Origin: a virus
Strand: one strand, 5' to 3'
Length of the DNA stretch: 64,000 nucleotides
Virus record (IMG/VR): IMGVR_UViG_3300027779_001649
Span: 1-64,000 of that record
Shown: positions 38,483-47,710 of the stretch, in pieces
Numbering within the stretch: position 1 is the stretch's first letter
Layout of the letters: every line of letters begins with the position of its first letter
Notes under the pieces: generated by a model
Databases searched by the model: none
What the model was told of the DNA's origin: nothing
The model's input: the letters and a program-made list of their open reading frames with translations, nothing else
Program-made: the position numbers and the translations under genes

Positions 38483-38490
38483 TATTTATG
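38483..38490 (-). promoter_or_regulatory. Late promoter variant CATAAATA (iscA-like gene, leaderless spacing)
   Basis: 5 nt before the ATG; no SD. Confidence 0.45.
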
Positions 38491-38884
38491 TCTTTTCTTT
38501 CATTAATTTTTGTAACTCTGCTGTAGAACCAACAAATAAGGCGTTAGTTACATTCTTAGGTGCAGTATTAGGAACGTCCTGTAATCTTTTCATCTTCTCT
38601 TGTAAGTCACCTAGTTTTTCGGTAACTTCTGCGACCTGTTTGATAAGATTTCCAGCAACCTCATATCCTCTTGGATGTTCGCCTTCCTTTGCGAGTTCAA
38701 GTATTCCGTCAATCGCAACTGAACCCTTTTCAACAAGTTCATGAAATTTTTGCCTTTGATATTCATAGTCTGTTTCAATATCCTGTTCCTTATCTGCGAC
38801 AATTAGTTTTGTTACAGGAGTCTCTGTAACCTCTAATTCTTTTCCAATAACACCCAAGGCACTATCTATAGTTTTAGTATCCAT
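38486..38884 (-). CDS. gp16: Terminase small subunit
   Basis: DYEYQR, HPRGYEVAG, NALFVGSTAELQK. Confidence 0.92.
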   Translation of the reverse strand: MDTKTIDSALGVIGKELEVTETPVTKLIVADKEQDIETDYEYQRQKFHELVEKGSVAIDGILELAKEGEHPRGYEVAGNLIKQVAEVTEKLGDLQEKMKRLQDVPNTAPKNVTNALFVGSTAELQKLMKEKT

Positions 38885-39265
38885 TTAGTTCACCTCTACT
38901 ATCTCTTGGACTGATGTGGAATGAGAGTTATATGCTTCGCCAAATTCTTCTCTTAATTTGGTACTTATTGTAGTCGCACAATATTTTTTACATACCCTAG
39001 GAGCATTTTGTGGATCTTTTATTAAACCTTCATAAAATTCTGTCCATTCTTTAGAATTAATTATATCGTCAATAGTCTCTACATTACTTAGTTTTAAATG
39101 TTCTTTAAAGAATATTTCTTCAATACCTATATGGTATGTTGGTGTTTGTCCATCAACAGTTTGATAGGGGTCTGTCCAACAACAAGGAATTAAATATCCC
39201 CTTGCAGAATAACCATAACCTTTACCAGATAAACATCTGGGCTCTAATTTTCTTTTTACTGGCAT
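38885..39265 (-). CDS. Stand-alone SPASM/twitch-like Cys-rich protein, partner of 39256..40113
   Basis: PRC...GYLIPCCW...VCKKYC; GAGGAGG SD before MPVKRK. Confidence 0.7.
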   Translation of the reverse strand: MPVKRKLEPRCLSGKGYGYSARGYLIPCCWTDPYQTVDGQTPTYHIGIEEIFFKEHLKLSNVETIDDIINSKEWTEFYEGLIKDPQNAPRVCKKYCATTISTKLREEFGEAYNSHSTSVQEIVEVN

Positions 39266-40113
39266 AATGAACTCCTCCTCAACCACTGTTCTTCATTCCA
39301 AGGAAGTTTATCATCCACATCCTTTACTCTATTATTAACTTCAGTAGTAGTAAATGGTTTGCTACTAATAAAATTTTTTGTATTTTTTGGTTTAAATTCA
39401 TCATCATCTCCTCTCCATCTAGAAGAGTATAATTTTAAAAACCTAATACCAGCATCTGTTGCACGTTTCTGAACCTCATCTATGTGATCTTCATTATAAC
39501 TAAAAACTATGCATTGTTGTTCAACCTGTAACCCCATATATTTAGCTATCATCGCCATTTTCCAAAGTTTTTCACCGTCCTGATTAACTCTATACTTATG
39601 ACTTTCTTCTGGTAATCCATCTATACCAAATCTCCACACTGCTAGGGGATGTATTTCAAATGCCTTTTTATACCACTTCTCTGACCTATGTGAAGCTGCG
39701 GTTGCAATACATGTATAGACTTTTTCTTCATAACATCTACGTAAAATATCGTGGAACTTAGGATGGGCGGTTGGATCTGAAATTTGACCACAAAAAAGAA
39801 TATTAGTAAAATGCATAAGAATCTTATCAAAATCTTCAAGGGACATATCGTGACCAGGCGGTTTCATGCCAGAGGCGGCATAATCCTGTCTCCTACATCT
39901 TGGACAGGCTAGAGGACATCTTGGAGATAAATCTATATTAATTTTAGTACGATACTTCGCTTTATATATTAATTCATCATTAGATAATTTATCGTTTGAT
40001 CCCTTTGTCCAATGATCTCGTTGAGTGAGTATTGGTTTTTTTAAAGACCTTTTAGCTATCTGAGTTCTAAGATCTAGTTCTTTTAACTCACCTTTAGTGT
40101 ATTCTACAGGCAT
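39256..40113 (-). CDS. Radical SAM protein
   Basis: RCPLACPRC, GQISDP, FGIDG, YRVNQD. Confidence 0.9.
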   Translation of the reverse strand: MPVEYTKGELKELDLRTQIAKRSLKKPILTQRDHWTKGSNDKLSNDELIYKAKYRTKINIDLSPRCPLACPRCRRQDYAASGMKPPGHDMSLEDFDKILMHFTNILFCGQISDPTAHPKFHDILRRCYEEKVYTCIATAASHRSEKWYKKAFEIHPLAVWRFGIDGLPEESHKYRVNQDGEKLWKMAMIAKYMGLQVEQQCIVFSYNEDHIDEVQKRATDAGIRFLKLYSSRWRGDDDEFKPKNTKNFISSKPFTTTEVNNRVKDVDDKLPWNEEQWLRRSSLCQ

Positions 40114-40116
40114 AGT

Positions 40117-40917
40117 TTATTCATCGTCACCTGTTACTGGATTAAATGTTTTAGCATCTTCAAAGAAAGAGGTTGCTTCATTAAATCCAAAATTATCATC
40201 AGCTTCAGCTGTCATGGGAGACGGTGTAACCACCAACCTTTGTTCTCTCTTAGGTGATGCATCTGGCATATCTGTATATTGATCTGCTTGCACTGTTTTA
40301 ATAACTTTACTAGAGCTAACTGGACCGTAGAGATAAAATTTACAAGTGAAAGCTAGTGTATATACTATTGCTCGTCTCGCAGTAAAGTCACCTTCATAAC
40401 TATCTTCATATGAAACACTATTAAGAATTAAAGGAATGTCCCTTTTAATTCCCATATCTGCCATATCATTTATCGTCACCGTATAGTCTGGTTGAAAGTA
40501 TGGTAGAATTTGTTCTACGATCTGTAATGCGTCCTCAGATTGTTTAGCCATTATGTAAAGCTCAAATGAGAGATTATAAGGAACAGGCATATATTGTGTA
40601 TCTAGTTGAGTTGAATTTGCACCTTTAACTTTTTTGAATTTCTGTACACGATTAAGTTTACGAGCTGCATCGTATTCTAGATTCTTAATTTCAAATCCTA
40701 TACGTGGAAGTGTAACTGCAACCTGTTTTGTAAGGTCTGCATCTTCACGTAATCGGACTAGAAATTTTTCTTTCGGGCCGTATGCAAGAGGAACTTTCAT
40801 AGTTTGTACTACGGTTCCACTGCTATCTTTACGAACCAAGTGTATGTTGTTGAATATTGATCCAAACGCAACAACCACCTTTCTCATGGTTTCGTGGTAA
40901 AATTGTTGTCCTAACAT
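40117..40917 (-). CDS. gp15: Tail sheath stabilizer/completion protein
   Basis: FYHETMRK, VPLAYGPKEKFL, QIVEQILPYFQP. Confidence 0.95.
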   Translation of the reverse strand: MLGQQFYHETMRKVVVAFGSIFNNIHLVRKDSSGTVVQTMKVPLAYGPKEKFLVRLREDADLTKQVAVTLPRIGFEIKNLEYDAARKLNRVQKFKKVKGANSTQLDTQYMPVPYNLSFELYIMAKQSEDALQIVEQILPYFQPDYTVTINDMADMGIKRDIPLILNSVSYEDSYEGDFTARRAIVYTLAFTCKFYLYGPVSSSKVIKTVQADQYTDMPDASPKREQRLVVTPSPMTAEADDNFGFNEATSFFEDAKTFNPVTGDDE

Positions 40918-41927
40918 TATAATCCTCCAGCATCACCGAAAGGATTTCTTTCGGAGAAGTCTAATACGTCATCATCAAGGGAATCAAACAGTTCATTTTG
41001 TGTAGTCTTGTCTTGCGACATATCACCCACTACGTAATCTTCATTGAGTAAGTAAGAATCGTCACCACTGTCTGCTGGGTTCTCTAATATAATACTTTCA
41101 CCAACACCACTTGTATCATTCTCACCTATGAGATTATCTCCACTAGTCTCTTCTAATAGGAGTCCTTGATCTCCATTAGTACTTATACCGATTTCTAATC
41201 GTATATTCTCATTGACAAAGGCAGTTTGTTCTAAGGTCATCTGATAACCAAGAGCATCCATTGTATGTTCTGTTTCTATTGCATCTATAGCTGCAATGTC
41301 TGTGTCAATAACCTCAGAGCTGTAGTCAAATAATCTACATTGTAGTTTATATACTGGGTTATTATCCAGTTGATAAAAAGGTTCGTCATGGTCTACAAAA
41401 TTTATTTGGAATATTTTATCCAGAACTGGATGGTATATTAAATCACCTTCCAATGGTCTATCTGCATCTGTAGAGGTAGCTTCTGAAATTAAATAACCCC
41501 CATCATAAGAACTACTAATATCTACAACGGTACTATCTAAAGAGGCTGCTTCTAATTGAATAGAACCACTTAGAGTGGATGTACCACTTTCTATTGTCAT
41601 TTGTTTTGTTAAATCTTGAAACCTTGTTTTACTTACAGTAAATGTAACCTGACTTAGATTTTGTAAACCAAACTGAGTCATCAGTTCTCGTTCACCAGCA
41701 AAACCTCCATCGCCGTTATCAATATACATCTCTATTTTATTTTGGGTAGTAAATTTTGCGAGGTTGTCTTCACCAAAAAGAGTGTCTTCATTAGTTAAAG
41801 TGCGATCAAGATAGTAGACATCATGACCGAAAATTTGAATGGCTTCAGTAAGTAAATTTGAATACAGATTCTTCTCTGCGGTAATAGCATGAGAATTACT
41901 AGTATGAAAGAATGAATTGACTGACAT
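40917..41927 (-). CDS. gp14: Neck protein
   Basis: GHDVYYLDR, RPLEGDLIY, PFYQL, DFSERNPFG. Confidence 0.92.
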   Translation of the reverse strand: MSVNSFFHTSNSHAITAEKNLYSNLLTEAIQIFGHDVYYLDRTLTNEDTLFGEDNLAKFTTQNKIEMYIDNGDGGFAGERELMTQFGLQNLSQVTFTVSKTRFQDLTKQMTIESGTSTLSGSIQLEAASLDSTVVDISSSYDGGYLISEATSTDADRPLEGDLIYHPVLDKIFQINFVDHDEPFYQLDNNPVYKLQCRLFDYSSEVIDTDIAAIDAIETEHTMDALGYQMTLEQTAFVNENIRLEIGISTNGDQGLLLEETSGDNLIGENDTSGVGESIILENPADSGDDSYLLNEDYVVGDMSQDKTTQNELFDSLDDDVLDFSERNPFGDAGGL

Positions 41928-41930
41928 AGT

Positions 41931-42749
41931 TTATCCTACATGAAACATTATTGGGGGTTCATTACTTAATATCGTTGTTTCTATTTCTCTAATTTCTTCC
42001 TGAGCTTGTGTAAAGATAGCTGCACCATCCATACTAACACCCCCCAGCATCGTAACTCCATTGAACTTAGAAAGATTTGCACCCCATTGACGTTTAATTA
42101 AAGCTGTTGCATATCTTTTTAGATGGATGTCATCATAAATGTCTGTGTAAACTGAGGGATCTAATTTACGGAAACACTCTATAACAACATAGTCCTCTCC
42201 ACCCACAAAGTCTGTAGACCAATCGGCGTCAATATATAAACGATTTTGATGTTCCTTAAAACGAATAGGAGCTTCACCAACAAGAATATGTTCTAGTAAA
42301 TCTAAATTATTCATCATCATCTGGTAATGGATAACAGAAGTGGAAGTCAGATCAAACAAATCGTTTAGATGTAACTGATAACGAGCATCAAACATATTTG
42401 CACCAGTTCCAGTTCCAGTTAAAGGAAATACCTGTACTACAGAGATAACTGAACTAGGTAATGGTATATAATTATTACCCTCAGACCAATCTGCGGTAAT
42501 AGTATCATCTACTGTATCTGTTCCTGTAGTGGTTGTATTTGTTTTAGCTCTAGTAACTTCTGCTTCAGTAACCAAATGTTTGAGATACATTCTTTCAACA
42601 CCATCATAATGATACTGTGCAAAATACTGTAGTGCTTCGTCAATACGGTCATCTGTTTGGTCATCTGACACATTAATGTCAATCACTCCATAACCCAATG
42701 CTCGTAGACAATAAGTCTTAAATGTTGCTTTTGTTGTTGGTACTGCCAT
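41931..42749 (-). CDS. gp13: Neck protein
   Basis: YCLRALG, INVSDDQ, KRQWGANLSKF. Confidence 0.93.
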   Translation of the reverse strand: MAVPTTKATFKTYCLRALGYGVIDINVSDDQTDDRIDEALQYFAQYHYDGVERMYLKHLVTEAEVTRAKTNTTTTGTDTVDDTITADWSEGNNYIPLPSSVISVVQVFPLTGTGTGANMFDARYQLHLNDLFDLTSTSVIHYQMMMNNLDLLEHILVGEAPIRFKEHQNRLYIDADWSTDFVGGEDYVVIECFRKLDPSVYTDIYDDIHLKRYATALIKRQWGANLSKFNGVTMLGGVSMDGAAIFTQAQEEIREIETTILSNEPPIMFHVG

Positions 42750-42768
42750 AATTCCCTACCTTTTACTA

Positions 42769-42776
42769 TATTTATA
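42769..42776 (-). promoter_or_regulatory. T4-type late promoter (gp13)
   Basis: TATAAATA about 20 nt upstream of gp13. Confidence 0.8.
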
Positions 42777-43275
42777 AAAGAAGAGGTCTGGTTACTACGC
42801 AATTATCATCATCAAAGTAACTCTGTTTGACGAAATTTACCCCAGTATATGCGTATAAAGCACTCAATTTTGGATATGACCATATAATTTCACATCCTCT
42901 TTTTCTTCCATAATCCATAGTCTCATTTAATAACCAAGTTGATAGACCTAATCCTCTATGTTTAGGATGTACCCATAACCCCCTAGACCTATAAATTTTA
43001 AGTCCACATTGAGATCCTGAGTTAACACCCACTATTTCTTCATATGATTCTCCATAATGACTAACGTATTTTATTGCTATAAAGACAGAAGTTTTGAGAT
43101 ACCTTTTAATATCTAACTGTCTTATAACTTTATTTCCCTCCAAAGCCCATGTACTATGGGGATAAATGGTTTTCTTATTTTTCCATAAGTCCGACTTCCA
43201 TACCTTATATATCTCCTCAAACGACACGGGTTCTAGATAGTACAGCTTATTTTCCCCAGTAATAATCTGCGGCAT
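42772..43275 (-). CDS. GNAT acetyltransferase
   Basis: RSRGLWVHPKHRGLGLS motif A; start uncertain. Confidence 0.8.
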   Translation of the reverse strand: MPQIITGENKLYYLEPVSFEEIYKVWKSDLWKNKKTIYPHSTWALEGNKVIRQLDIKRYLKTSVFIAIKYVSHYGESYEEIVGVNSGSQCGLKIYRSRGLWVHPKHRGLGLSTWLLNETMDYGRKRGCEIIWSYPKLSALYAYTGVNFVKQSYFDDDNCVVTRPLLL

Positions 43276-44323
43276 AATTATAAGGAGTAAATGCTTTGTT
43301 CTTATAAGGAACTACTTTACTTGCCCATTTCTTTTGACTCGCAAGAACTTTCCGAAACCATTTGTTCTTTTTGGATTCTTCTTTAAACATAATATCTATG
43401 GTTTTCAATTCTGCAACAAGAATATCAGGTGGTGTCTTCATGATACGCACCCCATGCTTTTCAACCATTCTTGATAACGCTCTTGCGTTTTCGGATTGTA
43501 TCCAAGTGAGCCACCACAGATAGGACTCATATGCAGCAGAACGCACTGAGGCACGTTGAGAGTCAGATAGACTCCTCCAGATACCACCATTAATAAGAAG
43601 GTCACCAGTATTACTATGTTCATGTAAACTATTTAGATAGTAATATTTCCAGATAGTTGGAAACCCTAGTCTTTCATCTTCTAATCCACCGACAAATTCT
43701 GCACAGTTGATTACACCTTTCTGTCCAGCAGCAAGAATCTCTCCACCAGGCATACCAATAGTCTGCATACCCATACGAGCATATAGTTCTACATTAATGC
43801 CTGTCTGTCTGCACTTAAAGTTTTTAAGGTCTGCAAGGTTTTCAATTGGACGATGGAACCACCCCAAAGGTTGATTCTGAGTAGGCATAACAGGGAAAGG
43901 GACTACATCCAGTTTCAACACTTCTTGATAAAATGTACGATACATCTCTAGTCCACCACCGTGAAACATCCATCCAAGAAAATCAATACCATCCATTCCA
44001 TATGGGCCTCCTAAAGGAGAGTTAAATAGTCCTAGAGTTTTATCCTTACCCACCCAATAATAACTCTGTGTCCATGCACCTCCCACAGCACCAGATGCTG
44101 TTGCATCAAGAACTTGAAAGGCTGGGACTAAAGCACCAGCAGGTTTAATCTCCATCAGAACTTTACCATCAGTTAGAACTTTAACTTTATCTGCAATGAA
44201 CTTTGCTTGTTCATTGAAAGTACTAACAGCAGGATAAGAACTTGCGATTAAGATTTTTGTGCCCGCAGATGCAGGGGAAAAGGTTAATAGGATGGCAGCC
44301 GCAGCCATATAAATATATTTCAT
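43247..44323 (-). CDS. dctP: TRAP solute-binding protein (TakP/FcbT1-like)
   Basis: Signal peptide ending ASA; PAGALVPAFQVLDA, YYWVGK, GWFHRPI, KCRQTG, CAEFVG. Confidence 0.92.
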   Translation of the reverse strand: MKYIYMAAAAILLTFSPASAGTKILIASSYPAVSTFNEQAKFIADKVKVLTDGKVLMEIKPAGALVPAFQVLDATASGAVGGAWTQSYYWVGKDKTLGLFNSPLGGPYGMDGIDFLGWMFHGGGLEMYRTFYQEVLKLDVVPFPVMPTQNQPLGWFHRPIENLADLKNFKCRQTGINVELYARMGMQTIGMPGGEILAAGQKGVINCAEFVGGLEDERLGFPTIWKYYYLNSLHEHSNTGDLLINGGIWRSLSDSQRASVRSAAYESYLWWLTWIQSENARALSRMVEKHGVRIMKTPPDILVAELKTIDIMFKEESKKNKWFRKVLASQKKWASKVVPYKNKAFTPYNYAADYYWGK

Positions 44324-44349
44324 GATTACTCCTTATTCAAATCACTTCT

Positions 44350-45594
44350 CTAGTTATTTAGGTACGTTGGTAACCACGTTGCTATACTAGGAATCATAAA
44401 AATAATTATCACAGCAAGTACCTGTATCCACATAAACGGCATCATACCTTTAAATATCATACCCAAATCCCATTCTGGAACGACCTGTTTTATATAATAT
44501 GATGTTAACGCAACGGGTGGTGTTAAGTAGGCAGTCTGTATAACTATCCCTAAACAAACTGCAAACCATAACATATCCACACCAGAACTAATAAGAACTG
44601 GTAAGAATATGGGAACAAATACCAACACTACCACAGGCCATTCAAACGGCCATCCCAATAGATGACATAGTACTAGTATACAACCGACTAATGCCCAAGG
44701 GGGTATTGGTAAAGAATTTAAGGTGTCCACTATCACGTTATCGCCGCCTAGTGCAGTAAAGACCGCACCAAATATTGTGGAGGAGATTGCGAGTAGCATA
44801 ACCACAGCAGAAGTGTCTGTAGTTTTTAATAGAGTTTCTTTCAGTTCTAACTTACCGTTTAACAATGCAAGAACTAATGCACCGAAAGCACCAAACGCAC
44901 CAGCTTCTGTAGACGTTGCAAGTCCAAATAACATAGAACCTAACACAGTAGATATAAGAACTGCTAGAGGGATAACATCTATTAAAACTCTACGATAGTC
45001 TGGTGTCTCTTGTTGTTTGGGTACAGAATGAAATAGACAGTATATCGCATACATTGATGCAATCATTAATCCTGGCACTAATGCTCCAGCATAAAGATCA
45101 ATAATACTAAGGTTCATAGTAGGAGCCATAACTATAAGAGGAACGGATGGTGGTATCATAATAAGAGAACCACCACCAGCAATAACTCCTGCCGTCAATT
45201 TCGGATTGTAACCTAGTTTCATCATATGAGGAGCTGCCATAATACCAAGTAATGTTACAGACGCACCAACTACTCCTGTCGCAAGACTTATCAATACTGC
45301 AATAACAATAACAACTAAGTTAAGATTACCAACTATAGTTTTCATACTATAGAATAGTTTCTCAACTAATCCTGCCTTTTCGCAAATATAACCCATGAAT
45401 ATAAACATAGGTATAGCCATGAATACTTCGTTTGATAATGCGCCGACTAAGTTATAGTACGCAAGATCAAATACATTCTCCCCCATAGAGAGAAATCCAA
45501 AACCTAATGCTAGAAATATAAGAGTGAAAGCTACAGGTAAACCCAAAAATATACCTATAATCATAGTCACTAACATCACAATCGCAAGCAACAC
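44350..45594 (-). CDS. dctM: TRAP large permease
   Basis: GLPVAFTL, AIPMFIFMG, MIPPS, TSTEAGAFG, QTAYLTPP. Confidence 0.93.
   Translation of the reverse strand: MLLAIVMLVTMIIGIFLGLPVAFTLIFLALGFGFLSMGENVFDLAYYNLVGALSNEVFMAIPMFIFMGYICEKAGLVEKLFYSMKTIVGNLNLVVIVIAVLISLATGVVGASVTLLGIMAAPHMMKLGYNPKLTAGVIAGGGSLIMIPPSVPLIVMAPTMNLSIIDLYAGALVPGLMIASMYAIYCLFHSVPKQQETPDYRRVLIDVIPLAVLISTVLGSMLFGLATSTEAGAFGAFGALVLALLNGKLELKETLLKTTDTSAVVMLLAISSTIFGAVFTALGGDNVIVDTLNSLPIPPWALVGCILVLCHLLGWPFEWPVVVLVFVPIFLPVLISSGVDMLWFAVCLGIVIQTAYLTPPVALTSYYIKQVVPEWDLGMIFKGMMPFMWIQVLAVIIIFMIPSIATWLPTYLNN
44355..44362 (-). promoter_or_regulatory. Possible late promoter variant CCTAAATA (dctP)
   Basis: About 30 nt upstream of the dctP start. 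Confidence 0.4.
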
Positions 45595-46019
45595 TTCCTC
45601 ACTTCCTGTACACCATATATCAATAACAAAATTAATCCTAAAGTAATAGAAAATTTATATGGCCATATTATTAATTGCGTCATTGTATTGGAACTCTTTT
45701 CCCATATAGAAATGCTTCTAAAACTATCCATTGCAGAATAGTACGTGAGAATACCAATAGAGGGAAAGAATAGACAGTAACCTAGAAGATCTATGATTGA
45801 TTTTGTTCTATCTGAAAAGTTCTTCCAGTAGATATCTGTTCGTATGTGAGTTCCTTTGGAAAGACTATAACTAGCACCTAATATAATTAATGCGCCATAT
45901 AATTGTGGTACGATATCAACAGCAAAGTCAAATCTTAAATCAAAAAAAAATCTACCTAGAACATTGGTAACAGTTAGTAAAACGATTCCCAAAACAAACC
46001 ATGAATATATTTTAATCAT
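45576..46019 (-). CDS. dctQ: TRAP small permease
   Basis: NVLGRFFF, LGASYSLSKGTHIRTD, four hydrophobic segments. Confidence 0.9.
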   Translation of the reverse strand: MIKIYSWFVLGIVLLTVTNVLGRFFFDLRFDFAVDIVPQLYGALIILGASYSLSKGTHIRTDIYWKNFSDRTKSIIDLLGYCLFFPSIGILTYYSAMDSFRSISIWEKSSNTMTQLIIWPYKFSITLGLILLLIYGVQEVRKCCLRL

Positions 46020-46700
46020 CTACTTCTTAATTTGCATATGAGCATTAAAACTCATACTCCTTCTTTCACCTTTAACATGAAATGGATAGACAAAGTGTTT
46101 TAAATAGGACGGAAAAACTAATAACTTTCCAACCTCTGGTTTAAATTTTACACCATCACTTCGCATATCACAAGCCTCTCCATACATAAATTCAATCAAA
46201 CCATTCGCAGGGTAATGGTCTTCACCATCCTCTTGATATTCTCCTTCCATCTCATCAGGTAATTTTAAATAGATGACGGCTGAAAAGTCACCACTATGTT
46301 TATGCCAAGGATTATACTCCCCAGCATATTGACTGACTATCCAGCTCTGTGTTAAATGGATGTTATCTAATTGGGGAACAGTACTATGTCCTGACATCTT
46401 GTACCAATTATATGCTCTATTCTTGTCTCTTATATAATTTAGGTAGTCCAGACATCCCCTCTTCATAGTATCAGAGAGATACTTCTTATCATCATCAGAG
46501 GAAATTGGTATCTGAATTTCCTTATGAACCTTGCCTACCAGATTATCAGACCAATCCCATTGAGCACTTTGTTGCTCACTACTTAGTATCTTGTCTCCAA
46601 CCTTATTTACAATTTTAACGAACGTCTCTGGTACAGAGGTTTCTAAAATCGTAGGACTGAATACTTCATGCCAAATCTTATCCCCTCTTATCTTAGTCAT
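46020..46700 (-). CDS. Putative 2OG-Fe(II) oxygenase (TIGR02466-like)
   Basis: YNPWHKH, SAVIYLKLP, FPSYLKHFVYPF, RRSMSFN. Confidence 0.85.
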   Translation of the reverse strand: MTKIRGDKIWHEVFSPTILETSVPETFVKIVNKVGDKILSSEQQSAQWDWSDNLVGKVHKEIQIPISSDDDKKYLSDTMKRGCLDYLNYIRDKNRAYNWYKMSGHSTVPQLDNIHLTQSWIVSQYAGEYNPWHKHSGDFSAVIYLKLPDEMEGEYQEDGEDHYPANGLIEFMYGEACDMRSDGVKFKPEVGKLLVFPSYLKHFVYPFHVKGERRSMSFNAHMQIKK

Positions 46701-46995
46701 CTATTTCTTCATTTGCGGCAGATGCGGTTATCTCATTTTCAATACAGTAAATATCTCTTGCATTAAAAAACTCTTGGGCATCTGCTTCTTCGTTAAAATT
46801 AAATCTACTTTCATAAGTATCAAATAATGCTATTGCCGTCATTACCAAACCATCGTCTGAAATTATCTTAGAGACAATTCGCCGTTTTCCTGACTTATCA
46901 TATTTCCAACTAAGTGTATGAAATTTTTCTGACATTGGATACCATTCAACATCTGTGTTCGGACGGGTTAAAGTATACGTTTGTTTAACACTCAT
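46693..46995 (-). CDS. ~100-aa family protein, copy 2
   Basis: LTRPNTDVEW, SGKR, ISDDGLV, NARD; AAGGAG RBS. Confidence 0.8.
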   Translation of the reverse strand: MSVKQTYTLTRPNTDVEWYPMSEKFHTLSWKYDKSGKRRIVSKIISDDGLVMTAIALFDTYESRFNFNEEADAQEFFNARDIYCIENEITASAANEEIDD

Positions 46996-47692
46996 TTAAA
47001 TTGTTCTCCTTTACTGGGCTTCGTCTATTATAAAATACTTTTCCTTCAGAACTTATTCCATAGACACACCCCTGTTCATATTTATATGTTCTAATCATAT
47101 GATTACTCATCTGGGGGCCTCTCTCTATGTATTTGTTGTTTGCCCAACCCTCAAATGATGGATGCAGATAAAATGGTTGAAAATTTTCTATAGGAAAAGA
47201 ATCCCCTTGAAAATTACTAAGAACATTCCAAGATTGTGTTAAAAGGAAATATCTAACTCTCTCTTTCCACCGTCTATCCACAAAGGTAAACAGAGTACTG
47301 TATTCATGGGGAGTAACAACTACCCGTGTCAGTATACGAGGATTATTTATATTAAATTTAAATAATTGATCTGAAGGACATACTTCTTTAAGATATTTTG
47401 AGACAACATCATCCTCATACACCTCTATCTCCTTGTCCATATCTCTTAACTTACAGGCCCTTTCGTAACATAATTGTGTAAATCCTTTATCATCTAGATC
47501 ATTATTATATTCATATGGTGGAGATTTGTAGTATGTACCATCCATTTCAAATGGGGTATCAATAAACTCACCCTCTTTGTCATTCACATAACTGTAGGAC
47601 GGTTGACCATACTTAATAATCAAGTCATGTTCTTTTATACTCTTCGCAGATTTGACATTGCGTAGCTCTGGTGTAACATAAACAAATTTCAT
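46985..47692 (-). CDS. Degenerate PP-loop paralog lacking SGGxDS (paralog C)
   Basis: RACKLRDMDKEIEVY, LKEVCP, RYFLLTQS, ENFQPFY align to 50697..51854. Confidence 0.7.
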   Translation of the reverse strand: MKFVYVTPELRNVKSAKSIKEHDLIIKYGQPSYSYVNDKEGEFIDTPFEMDGTYYKSPPYEYNNDLDDKGFTQLCYERACKLRDMDKEIEVYEDDVVSKYLKEVCPSDQLFKFNINNPRILTRVVVTPHEYSTLFTFVDRRWKERVRYFLLTQSWNVLSNFQGDSFPIENFQPFYLHPSFEGWANNKYIERGPQMSNHMIRTYKYEQGCVYGISSEGKVFYNRRSPVKENNLNEC

Positions 47693-47697
47693 ATCAA

Positions 47698-47705
47698 TAT
47701 ATATA
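47698..47705. promoter_or_regulatory. Palindromic late-promoter-like TATATATA, possibly bidirectional
   Basis: Exactly 5 nt from each of two divergent ATGs (47692 and 47711). Confidence 0.55.
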
Positions 47706-47710
47706 AGGGT

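Noticed and set aside
45942-45950. A9 homopolymer in dctQ as a phase-variation site
   Set aside because: It is in frame (Phe-Phe-Phe) and such runs are expected in AT-rich DNA.
32790-46019. TRAP genes as host contamination or a prophage boundary
   Set aside because: They are interleaved with gp13-gp18 in conserved order, overlap phage-type genes and follow late-promoter boxes; read-level confirmation is still advisable.
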